Source: Pocillopora damicornis (Eukaryota). From it: a stretch of 64,000 nt of DNA. The stretch covers positions 310,001 through 374,000 of the forward strand of contig NW_020844463.1 in assembly GCF_003704095.1 (NCBI RefSeq). Direction: 5' to 3'. How positions within the stretch are numbered: position 1 is the first letter of the stretch; each line of letters starts with the position of its first letter. The position numbers and the translations under genes are program-made. Under the pieces are notes generated by a model. That model had not been told where the DNA came from and ran no database searches. It saw nothing but the letters and a program-made list of their open reading frames with translations. Below are positions 1-13,600 of the stretch, in pieces.

Positions 1-3000
1 TCTTCATTTCAGCTCTTTTGGCTGAGTGATGTAGGAATCCATGCCACCGAATGCTATCATAACCGGTGTACTCTCCATTATGGTAAACACCATTTAGGCT
101 GCTTTCGTAGCAACTATAATACCACCAAGCTCCTTTATAGGTCACAGCACAATTGGAAGAGGAAATATCTTTTGTCATGAATGGATAACCATTATGGTTA
201 GCCAGCGAGTCACTAGCGTTTCCTGAAAAAAAAAAAGATAAATAAATAAACACCGACCATTTGTTCACAGCAACAGCCATTTTAGAGGTAGGGGCTTAGA
301 CATCAGGGTAGTGGACTAGAACTCGAAACACTCGATTTTTCAAACGTAAATCATAGGCATTTTGAAGGGATCGTAACGAAAACTTACCCGAGTAATTTCT
401 GACGTTCAGTTGGTACTTTGTTGCCTCATTGCCAACCGTAAAGACATTGTACTCGGCATAGGCTGTATTTCCCGACATGTCTTCCAAATCAACACGAAGC
501 TTGTAATTACTGCTGTTAGTAAGGCGGTGTATTTTGTCCAGTCCAAGCCAAAACTCCCCATTCAAGCTACCAAAGCCAGTTTTGTAGTTAATCCAGTTGA
601 GATAGAAGTCAACAGAGCCGTCCAGTCTCTTCTGGAACACAGTCCACCCCCCACCAGCTGCTGTTTGGTCACAGAAAACACTGAAGGCACCTGAAATGTC
701 CGGATTGATGGAGTAGACGCCATTGCTTCGTTTGCCTGAATTATACTTATCAGCACAGTTTTTAGCATCTGTAAAATAAACAGGAGTGTGGAAAATTGAA
801 ATGCTAGCAAGACTATTCCAAATTGAGTTGGTGACGACTTCAAAATGCCGTGCGTAATCAAATGATATCCACGTGAAATAAAAACAATAGGGAAAAGAAA
901 AAGTCACACATTAAAGGTTCTTGTGACCTAAAAAAAGTATTTAGAACGACAGGGAGGTACAACCCGGATAGTCGAACGTTATGGAAAACGTTTTTGATTT
1001 TCCTATGACAGTTCAAGAACAAGCTAGGATGAGATCAATTGGTTGGTACTTGATTCAAATAATTCCTTTTTTTTTCTTTCTTTCGCCCAAGTATTTATTT
1101 AATTTCTTAGTGATATTATTTAGTAAACAGATCTGCACTGCAAATAGTAGCACCTCTTTGTTGCGGCAGTTCGCTCTGATATTTGAAAATAAATAAAGCA
1201 GCCCGCTAATAATCTTAAAATGAATCTGAAGTATAATGGATTACACTAAGACTCTAAATCGTCACATCAACTCCCGATTTGGATACTTAGGGCTTTAAGA
1301 TTGCTCAGAATAAAAATGAACACGACTGGGTCTGAGATGGGTTTTACAGAAAGTTTACCTCGCTTTGCACATGTCATTCCATTACCAGTAAATCCAGGCT
1401 TACAGGAGCAGCTATAAGAGCCAAGAGTGTTGTGGCAGTCGGCATTTATGTTGCACACCCGAATAGAAGCACTACACTCATCAATATCTGTTGGCAAATT
1501 TACCAATGTGGAGATGAGATTTAAATGTGCGCTAGAATTTAAATGTGAATATGAAAGCGATCTTCGCAGTAATGATCTATTTTCGTGGTCACGTCTTTAT
1601 CCGCAGTTCAAATATATGACTTTCATAAATTCACAGTCTTTAAAATAGAAATGTCCTTGGTGATAATACTAACCTCGAAATATTTGTTAAAAATTATCAA
1701 CTTGAAATCGAAACAGCCTAATACCGTAAATTCTCTTTCGGCTTACTTCATCTTTTTGTTGAGAATATTATTGAAACTTAACTCACTGGCGTGAAATCTT
1801 CAGACCCAAATGAATGAGGAGGGGGGGAGGGGGGGAGTGGGGGAGTGGGGGAGGCTAGAGTTTAATTTTCCACATACATGTATGAAAGTTATTTTCAGTT
1901 AGTTCAATGAGATTTCAGACATGGCACGGGAAGGAGGGGGGGAAGGCTAGAGTTTAATCTGCCACATACATGTATGAAAGTTATCTTCAGTTAGTTCAAT
2001 GAGATTTCAGACATGGCATTTGAGGATGATAAGGGCTTTTGGACCATAATAAATTACCATCTGCTTGAGGAGGTACACATGGTAAGGAGACGGTGATCGA
2101 GAAGCCAGAAATAACATATACCGTGCCCCCCCTCCTCTCTCTCTTTACCGCAAGGGTTGTCGCGTTACACTGAAGTCTATATGAATTTATGTGTCTCTTC
2201 ACCTCTACAAGTTTTTCCATCACCCAGGAATCCGGCTTTGCATGAACAACTGTATGAACCCAGAGTGTTCTTGCAATCAGCGTTAGCGTCACAAAAATTG
2301 ATAGAGGCATTGCATTCGTCAGCATCTACAAATACAGGGATCATAACTTGTTTTATCAAAGTCAATAAATAAGTATGGAAAAAGACGGTTGTTTTCGTAG
2401 GTTTCACGCAAGCATTTTGTTATTGACGCAATTCATTGGATTCGAGATATTATGTCGTACAGTTCAAGAGCGACCCGCGTCTCCGCGGTTCTGAACTGCG
2501 CAACCGGCCAACGTAGTATTATTTGCCTGATGACTTCTTTCATTTAACAGCATTCGTTTCAACTGCTATACGTCATTTGCGATTCAAAGCCAAATCTTTA
2601 AATCTACTAAGAGTTTGACTCAAAAACGATATATTCTTTTAACAATGCAAGGCAAAGGTATAGCCCATCTGGGCACATTTATTTTGAAATGCAATCCATC
2701 GAATGTATCAATGTATCTATACGTAGTCGAAAGAAATCACAGAGGCTGTTTGACTTTAATAGTACCAATGACTGTAAACATATGAAAACCATATATGTGA
2801 ACTGCGGTTTAAGAAATAATTTTGAAGATTTCGCATTAATGAACACTACTTAAGGAGTAGTGAGATAAGGCCCGAAAAAAAAAATCAGGCCTGTACGAGA
2901 TTCGCACCCATGACCTCTGCTATACCAGTGCAATACCCCAGTTGGCTTGTTAGCTCAGTTGGTAGAGCATTGCCCCGGTGTCGCACAGGTCGTGGATTCA

Positions 3001-3668
3001 AATCCCGTACAAACCTGTTTTTTTTTAGGCCCTACTTTCACTACTGTTAAGTAGTGAAAGTAGTTTGAAGATCGCTTTCAAATTCATTGGCATCATTATT
3101 GATCAATAAAATTACCTTCGATCTTCATGTCACAGTGAAGTAGAACTGCTCTCTTAATGAGATTCACCCAGTAATAACCACTGACTGCTTGTCCACCTCC
3201 ACTGGCCTTGATTTCCTTGCACGAGTCTGCAGGAAGCTCTGGAATGGCACCGAGGATTACTGTAAATTGGAAGAGAGAAAGACTCTATTTTGTTTCCGTA
3301 CTGGGTAACTGGTAACCTTTATTATTTTGATCCGAAGGCTTACCTCTATTCATGTCTCGTCTGAAGTAATATCTCTCAGAGTTGGGCACAAAATCTTCAG
3401 GCCTGGCTTCCTTTGTACGATTACTCAGCTCACACTTATCTTGGGTGAAGACATAGTTAAAGCTTTGGCATCTGATGTCATGATAACATTCCCGTAAACA
3501 CTCATCGCCGAATGCAGCTCTGGTGATTGTTTTAAAGATGTGATTTTGTAACATCATCCCAAAGATGGAGTCTTCGCGAGTATCACGGTGGTACTGTGTA
3601 AATACTGAATGAAAGAATACCAACAGGGAGAGGAAAACTGGCAAATGAAAGAACCCTTGGACCACCAT
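1..3668 (-). CDS. Secreted fibrinogen-related protein (signal peptide, PAN/Apple, short Cys module, 2x calcium-binding EGF, fibrinogen C-terminal domain); last few codons lie beyond the window edge
   Basis: Six GT-AG exons with consistent phase-1 junctions: 3668-3344 ([24 protein letters not shown] signal; [16 protein letters not shown]...CELS PAN), 3259-3116 ([24 protein letters not shown]), 2325-2203 ([37 protein letters not shown]), 1487-1359 (DIDECSAS..C), 768-388 ([56 protein letters not shown]), 222-<1 ([35 protein letters not shown]). Probable non-coding 5' exon with donor CAG|GTGAGT near 4938. Confidence 0.92.
1846..2018. repeat. Tandem duplication (~90-bp unit, 2 copies) with G-tracts
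   Basis: aggctagagtttaat...cagttagttcaatgagatttcagacatggca occurs twice, each copy preceded by a G-run; the G-rich tract spans about 1817-1853. Confidence 0.85.
2770..3088. mobile_element. Palindromic tRNA-derived (SINE-like) repeat in an intron of the fibrinogen gene
   Basis: tRNA-like unit at 2944-3016 (A box tagctcagttggtagagc, B box ggattcaaatccc) followed by a T-run. Its reverse complement (aaaaaatcaggcctgtacgagattcgcacccatgacctctgctataccagtgcaat) lies just upstream at about 2875-2934. A deleted relative with only the outer ends lies at about 1545-1638. Confidence 0.7.
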
Positions 3669-6600
3669 CGTGGTTTTTTCCTAACTGAAATGAAAACCGG
3701 AATTTAATGCTTCACATATCTACACTTATGTAGCCATCCACAGAAAAACAGGGAGCATGTAATTATAGGGGCACGCGGGTTATAACACGATACGTGCAAC
3801 GGGACATGTAGTTCATGAACAAAGCAAAGACAGGCATGGTGAATTTTGCTTGGCTTTGTTCCAAGCAGTCTTACAAACGGGACGCCCGTGAAACGTGCTA
3901 TATAACACGCATGCAAAAAGACCTAATGCGCAAGCGTGTGTGTGCGATGTGGTACTGGTGCGGGTCGATAAGACACGGCTGCTAAAATAGTACTAAAGTG
4001 CGTTTGTCTGTGGTTCTAAATTGCGTCAGGAAGCTCCATAAATGCAATTACTGAATAGCACCCCTGTGCAAGAGAGAATTATAGAGCACGACAGCTATAT
4101 CTGAATCTCTGAGGGAGACACAGAGCGCCACCGTTTCAAAGCACACCCATAACACCGAAAGCCACTCACTCTGGAACGAGATAAAAATTTATTGATCGTA
4201 AGCCCTGTTATTCGTCACTTGCAAGGTAAAAACACGAGCCGCAGCCAAGTATGTCACTGATGTTCTTATTTCATTTTGACGTCTTCTTACTTTTCGCGCG
4301 AGTTCAGCGTGACTTTATTTGCTGGTTTTTTTTTTCGTGCAAACAGAGCCTGGACTGAAACAAATAGCAGCTAAAGTTGAAACCTAATAGGCGGGGCATT
4401 TTCAGTCTAATCTTAAGTCATTTCGATCACAAAAGGGAACATCTTTTTGTAAATCAATAAAAAAGCAAAAAAAACAGGCGCTTGAGTTGGAGAATTAAGT
4501 TCTGAGTCTTCGAGGAGAAACTGTGGCTCATTTTGAGTCATTTTAACTTATATCCCTAACCTTCGTGTCTTACGATTTCCTCGACACCATTTCATATTTA
4601 GAGGTACATGTATCAACCACGATGATAAACCGAACGTTTTCGATCATATTTAAACTGATAATCTGTTGCCATATTTAAACTCGACTTCAAATATAATTTT
4701 TACCATAGATTCAAATTATAAGTGGCTAATAATGATGACTTAAAGATCTTACTTTCCAAATACTTTTCTTTTGTTTTTGATCCAAATACAACTTTCCCAC
4801 AAAATTACAACAAATACTTTTTTTGCCAACTTGAAAATGCATTTCCTACGCTTGGCAGCGCTGAAGATTTCCACTAAGAATGGAACTGTTAGTTAAAATG
4901 TATCTCATCGAACAACTTCTCTTATGCTAGAGACTCACCTGAGGGAGTATCGCAGAATTCCTTTCCTTTCAAGATCAATACAAAGACCTTCAGTTGGAAA
5001 CGTAATGGTCGTTTAAACCCAGCCTTCGCTGAGATAAGAAACTTCTAAAGGCTGATACGTGCTAAAATGATGCAGCATGGCAACACGATACCCTATTTTA
5101 AAACCTCCCTTAAAATGCCACCTGAAGATTTACTTTGTAAATTAATCTGAGTTGAATATCTGTTTTGGCGGGGAGTCAAAACATTATATCCTTGTCATAA
5201 CGTAAAAAAAGAAATTAATTTTTAATATTCCTATACAAATCTCAGAATTCATTCGCCTCTAAAAACTCGTTCCTTTCCATCTTCCATTAAAACACAGTTC
5301 ATATCATAAAGGAGCTAGCATAAGGAGGAAGTCAAACTGTGCGCGCGCGAAATGTATCTAAGACAGGTTATGAAGTCAGCGAATGATGTTTTGAGGCTAT
5401 TTGTTTGAAGATTTGAGTAAACAACGGTGCTGTTAATTCTGAGTCTCCAATGAGAATTAGAAGAAAGATATCGTTTCATCCAGAATTACACCCTGTAACT
5501 GTGGTGTTTTTGGGACCTTGGCCGCCCTGTTATGTTAAGAATCATTTGTATATATTGAGTGGATACGATTATACAAATGAAGAATACTCCTTAATTGCAA
5601 TTAAACACAACAGTTTACGACTTTTAATGTCAAAGGAAGTGTTTTTCTTTCCAGAAACAATTTTTCCTACCACTTGGCTAGAAAATGCATTTTGTAGCCA
5701 ATTCAGCATCGAAATTCAAAAATTGAAAATTTAAACATACGTTTTGAACAGGGAAACCTGCTTGTATGTTTGTGTCATTAATTATTCAGCGCTTTTAGCC
5801 ACTGGTTTTTTTATCATTATTACCCATTTTGAAAATCTGAAGTTTACAGAAAGAGGAAAAGACAAAAGTTCATGATTGTTCAGGTCTACAGGATGTTCAC
5901 GAGGGCGAACTTCTAGGGAAAGTTCGGTTTGCCGAGGAATTGTTGCAAGCATGTTAGTTTATGAATAACTTTATATTCCTTTAATAAAGGAACAGGATAA
6001 TTTTCTGGAACAGTACTGAGAAATTTTGGTGGAAGAATAATCTATCATAAACTATACCTTATCCTTATCCTCTGTTTTGCGCGCAAATTTCGCACCTTTG
6101 AGATTAAACTGCCTTAAATTATCATAATAAAGCACTTAGAAGGAAAAAAACCAAGTTGTTTCTTTTGTTGAAAATGAGTGACTTTGCGGCATAAATTATT
6201 TTGTGTCTAAGACTTAATTTCGGCTATTCCCGTCTCGATCTCCTGTCAACTAATTGTGATGTCATCTGTCAGCAGACAGGTAACTAGTTCGTTGTTTGTC
6301 GTCACTTTCAAATTGATTGAGTTGACCATAATGAACTCGAACGTTCATTTAAAACAAAGATAGAAAAAGAAGATTGTGAGAAGCACGCACTTTTTTATCA
6401 TAGACACGATTGAATTAAACTCTTTCGAGTCAACTCCTTATTACAACGGTAAATGCTAAATTTTGCTTTCAGCAAGTGAATTCGTTTATTTGATACATGT
6501 ATAGTGAGGGCACAATTCCTTGCTGAGTCTCTGATCCGTAAAGTCTTATTGATGTTCATTGAATGACTTAGAATTATTTCGCAACAAAAAATGTTTTGGA

Positions 6601-9600
6601 AAGTTTTAAGTCAGTCAGCCATGACTGGCTTTATGGTTATTGAGCTGACTCTCTCGACTGATATTAGTGTGATAAAATATAAACCAATAGTTTCACTAGC
6701 AACCCATGTGGCTTTTTCAGTGTTGGTAAAAGGTATCCCAGATGTATGGGTCTTCTCTCCACTAATGGAAGATCAGTGGGTGAACTGAGAAATTAAACTG
6801 AATATGAGGGTGGGAAGGTGTAAATAAAAAATAAAATCGGCGAGGATGAAAATGCAAAATTGTCCTCAGCACCCAATGATTTACTAGACCACCGAAAACA
6901 AAAACACAAGCTAAAAATGTCGGGTTTGAAAAACAATATCCATTCGCGCGAAATGGCCACTTGAAATGTGGACAGGTGAAAATCATTTATTGTTCACACA
7001 CCAGATTTAATTTAGCAGGATGCTAATTGTCGATGCTTCATTTATTCTCACTGTTACGCAACAAAAGTTACCTCGCATATAAACACTACATAAATAGAGA
7101 ACGTGATTATTTTCTTTACATCTTAAGAAAATGCACCTCGGTCATACATGAAAATAATCAATCCTAGTGATCTCCCCATTAACAAAAGACAAAGGAGAAA
7201 GTTAAAATATTCCAATTCCTTTTCGCACAGCACTGACAACATCTCTTATTTTGCAATTGTTCCGCTATTTCTCTTTGTCAGAAATTATTATGTCATTCCT
7301 TTCTCAAGTGCTACATCTTAAAAGAAAACTCCATTCAGGGAATGTAGACGTCCAGTGTGCACACATGACCTGTATACTTTGATTGTTTGTGTACTCTTTT
7401 CTTGTGCCACGCACGTGTACTTAGGAAGTGCGGATGGTAAACTTGTTTAGGTCTCTGACAAGGCACGCATTGTTCTCATCGTTGAACAGAGGTAAACAAA
7501 GAGGCAGACATCTGAGCCATGCGCTGGCTTGAGACATTCCATACTCATAGTCCCTCCTTTCTCCTCTGATGATCATTCCGGAAAATGAAAAGAGATGCTT
7601 TGAAGGAACCTGATAAGTTTCTCGTGGCACTCCATCCGGGAGGAGGAACAGTAACCCATGTTACTAAATCCTATAGAAATGGGGATGACTTTTTTTTACG
7701 GGAGGGCAGGTCAAGTCACCTGTAGTCAGGTTTTCAGGATACCACTGACGTTTACTGAGCGTGGTAGAATGTGGTGGTGTATTCCAATTGATTGTCTTAG
7801 GATGTTTCATCTTATCATAAACCAGATCCATGTGACTGACCTTGGAATCCTTTCACAAGTTATGGTAGCGAGTAATTGGGAATTTTGGGGGCTCTTCTTC
7901 TGATTACTATGCAACAAGAATGTGACTTGGGTGGTGCAGGTAATAGCACAGCCAATGTGGTCCCTATGGAATTTGCAAGGGATGGTTATCAAGTTCCTCT
8001 GTTGGTAACCGTTACGTAACTGATTATTTGACTTTAAATGGTGACAGCATTCTCTGCCTCTAGACATTTGGCAAGTTATTTAGCGGCACTATTTTTTGTG
8101 TCTAACGGATTAATTACCTATAAATGTCTCGTGGGCTGCCTTTTTATCGAGAGCAGCACTGCCGGCTGAAGTATGTTTCTTATGGTGCTGCAAGTACTGA
8201 TGGGTGCGGCTCCTGTCCCTGCGTTCCTAGTTTAGATGAATTTTGATAATATGGCTTTAAATTCTCTTTTCCAGAATATATCGGCACTCAAAACTTGTAT
8301 TGCTGAACTGAATTGGACTAATTCTCCAAATACATGTCAGAGCCATTTTGGTGTCAATTTGTCAGTCTCACTGCCAACTTGGAAGAAAAATAAGTGAGAA
8401 ACTTCTGGAATGAGGTGGTTTGTAACACACTGAGGAACCTCTCTGGGAACAAGTTTCTTTCGGAGGGGTTAAGCTGTGCCTGAATCTTACAGGCTAAAAG
8501 GAAAATGAAGGAGTACTGCAAATGAGTCTCTGAGTCATGAGGTTTTAGGAAATTGTTGGTGATTGCAATATAGTGGACTACTCCAATAACATGATTTGCA
8601 ATTCAGGTGACATTTTTAAAGAAAACATGACAATTTTTATTTACCCTACATGTTTACCTTACATGTCTCAAGCAGGAGATCCTCAGATATGAAGCTTTTC
8701 CACAGTAGATCTACAAGTTATATTTCCCCCTGCATGCATAATGTTGTAAATAGTTCATAAATAATATTGGAATTGTAATATAGCATGTTTTATTTTATTT
8801 TAGCTTATTTTCTTGAAGATATTAGCTCTACAGCTACACTGTGAATTTCAAGCATAAATAAAGTATATGTATGTATGTGTGTTTAAAATAATTTATGCTG
8901 GCTGTTCAGATTCACACAAGCTGATGATAAGTTTAACATTCTGAGTTTTAGCTCACCACTTTAGATCCTCAGACTTCTACTAGCCAAGATGAAGATGAGT
9001 TTTAAATCTTTAGCTCTCATGAATGACCAAGACAGAATTTCTCCTCAAAATATCAAAACAATATCAAGCAGACAAGTAGTGAAAATGAAGGAAAATATCA
9101 ATTTGGAACTTATTAGTCCATGCTATCAAAAGAATTGTACAGTAGACAGTAAAGAGAACTGCTAATGAGATCTTGGGAGTGAAAGAGTTAAATAGCATTG
9201 CCATAAGAATGCACTGCTTTGTTTTGTGATGCAATTGATGGGGATGATATTGTAAATCAAAGTTCCTTTGTACTGTCCCTCTGGTCAGTAGGATCTTGGA
9301 TAGCTTAGAAAATACTATCAGCCAGAAGAACAGGTTGTGGACAAACTCAGCTTAGCTTAAGTATATTCACAGATTTGGTAATATAAGAGTTCCACACATT
9401 CCTGTTAGACTAACAATTCCTTAGAATCACCCTAAAAGAAAATTTTAATTCTCTCCTGTCTCAACCCTCTACACACTTGCCTTTTCATGCATATCCAACA
9501 TATGTTCTCTTGACATATTCTAATGTGTAGACAATGAAAATGTGTGTAACAATTAAGAGCTTCTTTGGTGATGTGTACTTCAGGGGTAATATTGTAAAGA

Positions 9601-10003
9601 GAAACTAGATGCTAGTCACTCTTAGGGGTTAAAGGGTTAACTCTAGAGGCTGGAGAAACAGCTTAGTACTTAGGAGCAAGGCTGTGCATTTACCCTTTGA
9701 TATATAGGAATTGTGCACATTTTTCTTTCGTCTTCCATTACAATTAAAAGAAGCTCTTGATTGTTAAACACATTCTTCTTGCCTTAAGAAATGTATGGAG
9801 AACAGTGAGAGAATATGTATACTGGTACTAAGATGTAAGGGGTTAAGTAATGTTTAGTCTTGTCAACATTATTTTCAATCATAAGAAAACATCATGGTGA
9901 TACTGTTCCTTTCAAAGAATATCTGTCCAGGCTTAAGAAGAATACATGTCAGATTTCAGTACAAATGGCTGAGGTGTTAAAGTTTACAAAGCCTTTTAAA
10001 GAA

Positions 10004-10680
10004 TGTTATGGATGATACCCATAAAGATGAGTTTCTAGAAATTTCTTGAATACCTGGTCATGCTGACATGCATGCTATGGAACTTTCTAGAAATATTCAA
10101 CTAGGCCATATAAATCATGATGTAATACTACCAAAATAGTTGTGTTGAAAGCTTTGAGAATGTTCTAGAATACTTTGTAAATGTATATAAGGATTAAGTC
10201 ATGTACTAGTTGTAGATTTTGTGGTTGTCAACTGCTTGGAAAGCCATACTGACAGAGAGTTACTGTGCAAGATTGTTCATTCAAGAAACTTTGGAGAAAA
10301 CTGTGAGTTTCTGTTAGTGGTGAGCTGGGATAGAGACTGTAGAGTGCTTAAACAAGTTTATTAACCCTTTAACTCCCAGATCAAATTTGTAATTCTCCCT
10401 ACTGTTAACCATACAATTCTCATAATGTTAGTTCAAAGAATTTAACATTGTATAAACTAATTATCCCCAAACTGATATTTTCATCACTTATTTGGTTGAT
10501 ACTCAATTGATATTGTCCGGAGAAACTCTGTCTTGGTCACTCATGGGAGTTAAAGGGTTAAGGATAATTACTGTACAGCTTTAGGAATTGCTGCTTAGTT
10601 AAAATATTACAAGTTGGTTTGAAGTAGTTGGGTTTGAATGAGTAATGTGTTCTTTCTGCCAGATAAATTATACTGTAACA
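10004..10680 (+). mobile_element. Probable solo LTR, interrupted by a MITE
   Basis: Begins TGTTA and ends TAACA (TG..CA termini, 5-bp inverted ends). Flanks agaa/agat are an imperfect 4-bp TSD. Internal TATA-like tatataagg at about 10184. MITE nested at 10361-10561. Confidence 0.5.
10361..10561. mobile_element. TTAA-targeting (piggyBac-like) MITE; abundant family
   Basis: TTAA-ccctttaactccca ... tgggagttaaaggg-TTAA: 14-bp perfect TIR with a TTAA TSD. Diverged relatives at about 9001-9191, 9460-9640, 9690-9846, 11698-11906, 48645-48862, 51665-51843, 62935-63146 and 63623-63808. Confidence 0.8.
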
Positions 10681-13600
10681 AGATGTTTAATTTTTAGTAG
10701 TAAAGAGATCTCCAAAAAAAGAAAGTACAAATCAAAGTTATGTGATACCTTTTTGAGCCAAAGCTCATTTTCAAATACAAAATATAAAAACTTTCTCATC
10801 ATACAATTGTATTTTCTGAGCTAACAAGGATCATATTGATCTTAGTAACAAGACCACAGAGCATGAAAGTATTCCTGAAAAGTTATTCCAATGAAGAGTT
10901 AAACAAGAGGCAGATGTAGAAAAGTATCCCATTAATCAAACTGTAAATGAAAGTAAGCTAAGGCCAGGTAGAATAAAAGGTATCCTTCCAACCGGTGATT
11001 TTCAAAGAGGCTAGCAAAGGGTTTATACATTATGCATGATTAAGGCCAAAATAAAAATGTAAAGCATGAATTTCATAGAAAAGCAAGTGTAATTAATTAA
11101 TGCATTTATGAACCAGCATAAGGTGTCATCTGCCTCCTGAAATATACATGACTTGGAAACCTTTTCTGTCATTTCCACAAGATTCCCTGAAAACTTTTAC
11201 AGAAGAAAAGAGATTTGAAGATTTTTCTCTTACGTGTGTGAAACCCAAAGTTTCCTTATACTTGTGCAAGAAAGAGGATCAGGACCACCCCTCCCCCCCT
11301 TTTAAGATTCTATTGACCAAGGCCCAGTTGTTCAAAGGCTAGTTCTTAGGTTAAGTTTAAAGTTTAACATGGGTTTCTATATTCCTTTGTTCAGAAGCCT
11401 TTTTGGAATAATTTTCTCTATCCTATTTAGAACATCCAGTTAATCACATTCTAGTCAGAAAGAATGACACTTAATTTTTTATCTAAAGCTTTGAGATCTA
11501 AAATCAGATTTCATAATAGTCCCAAGTTGACATAGAGGAATAAGATCACAACTGAGTATCAAAATTTTTGTGTAAAACAGTTCCAACTGACTTTTGGATA
11601 GGAGAGAATTGCAGAAAAGTTTTCTATCAATCAAATGGTTGGTAAAATTGGGCTAAGCTTTACATATTAGCTGTCCCTCTGGCTGTTAGTATTTGGAAAC
11701 CCTCCCTCTCCCATAAGTGATCAATCTTTAACCTCTCCCTACAATATTCATTCATTATCCAGCCAGTAGGTAATGAGAATACTCAAAGTTATCCGGCAGA
11801 AGTTGTTTTCTTGATCTAACATCAATTTCTTGTAACTTATTAATGAGGAAATGAGCAGGATTAAGAAGGGAGAATTAGCGATCAGATCTCGCGAGTTAAA
11901 AGGTTAGCTATCCGAGATTCTATGACCCGACTAAGGAACCTTTGATTTAGAGGATCTCTCGAATCAAACGCAGAACAAAACATACATTCTTGTGGCAAAA
12001 CTATTAAAGATTATCTTTTACCTTCGCCATCGTAGGTCTCTCAACTGTATTCTTTACATTTGACGTGACTAAACATGTTGGTGTCTAATTCTAGAACGTT
12101 GACTGTTGGTAAATGGACTCTTGTAATAGCCGACAATTTCCGAAAACCATCCGACTCGGAAACTTGTCAATAGTACTCCTCGACTGTTCGCTCGGTTTTA
12201 CTACTAACCAATAGGATTGACAACGAATGATTCTCGGAAACTCGTTTCTAGTACTCCTCGGTTACAATTCTGGCAATGCGAGGTCGCAGTCGATTTCGAA
12301 GCAGGCTCATCAACTGGGGGCTGTCCTGGGACACGGGGGAATTCCTATTGTTTTCATATCCATACATGGAGTTGTGACGCATTCGTTAATGTTTCGTTCC
12401 TTTGTGTACCGGTACACGAGGACAGAACCCATCAACTGGGCAAACTTAACTGAAGCGTACGCCGAATTTTCCCAGTTGACGGATTTGCTGCTTCCCATCT
12501 ACTACAACTTTTTAAAAGCTGTTTTTTTTCGAGTGAATGGTTAACACTCATGAAACCGAAGACCTGCTAATATTTTTGCCCTTCGTCGTGGACCTCGTTG
12601 AGCAGTCCAGCTCTCGTGGTTTAACACATGGCTTGAACACACACTTGCAAAACAAGGTCCGAGCGCCGTGAAGTAAACTTTTCAACGTTGGTCTTACAGA
12701 TAAACTCCTTACATCAAAAAGACGTAGAAAACATGGAACACAGATACACTGAACACGAGGAGGATAAGGTACGTTAAACGTTCGCTCAAACGAAGCTCAA
12801 ATTCCTTTAAGCTAAATTGGTCACATTCCTGCTTGTACACACTTTGCTGCATTAAACGCGAACACGAGATGAACGCAAAGAGCGAAGGAGCATAAATAGG
12901 TTTAAATGCGATACCTCTGGTTAAAGACACAGATAAAACTTAACATTGATTTTATGGTTTCACAACTCTCCTGGAAAAAAAATCCAGAATTTGGGATTTC
13001 ACGTTGTATGGAAATTGTAATGAATAATTCATTAACTTTATTTTGCGACAAGTTTTCCTTCGTAACTCGCGCACATCAAGATTTTCTTTCCTATTTTATT
13101 GTTGTTGGGGAAAATGTAACTTGCGTCATGAACTTCGAATTGACTAAAATACATGTACGAAAACGGAAAAAAAACAAAAGTATTTCGGAAAAAGCGTTCG
13201 CGCAAAGGTATGGTTTACCAGTGGTTGTGATAGTGGTAATTAAACCGGAATTGTTGGTGTAAAACAAGTTTGTCTTCACAGAGATGTGAAAAGTAGATTT
13301 TAAAGGTGTTGTTTTTATACAGTGGCAAGGAAACAATGAATTAAAAAAAAATGGAAATTAAACAAATAATTACAAAACAGAAATATGCTTACGATCACCG
13401 GGTTTTCCTGTGATCTTTGTTCATGTCTTACATGGTTCAAACTCCATGTGTGGCATGCTGGTTTCTTAATTTCTCTTCCCCTACTAGAAACTGCTGAAGC
13501 CATGGATGTCTTTTCTTCTTGTGTGGTGTTTACACTTGGCTTGGTATTCACTGGTTCTTTCATAGTAGTAGTAGTAGTGGTTGGGTTTGGCTGCAGAGTT

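Noticed and set aside
2944-3016. tRNA gene (Thr-like)
   Set aside because: Anticodon and T stems are mispaired, and it is one arm of a palindromic dispersed repeat; treated as a tRNA-derived element.
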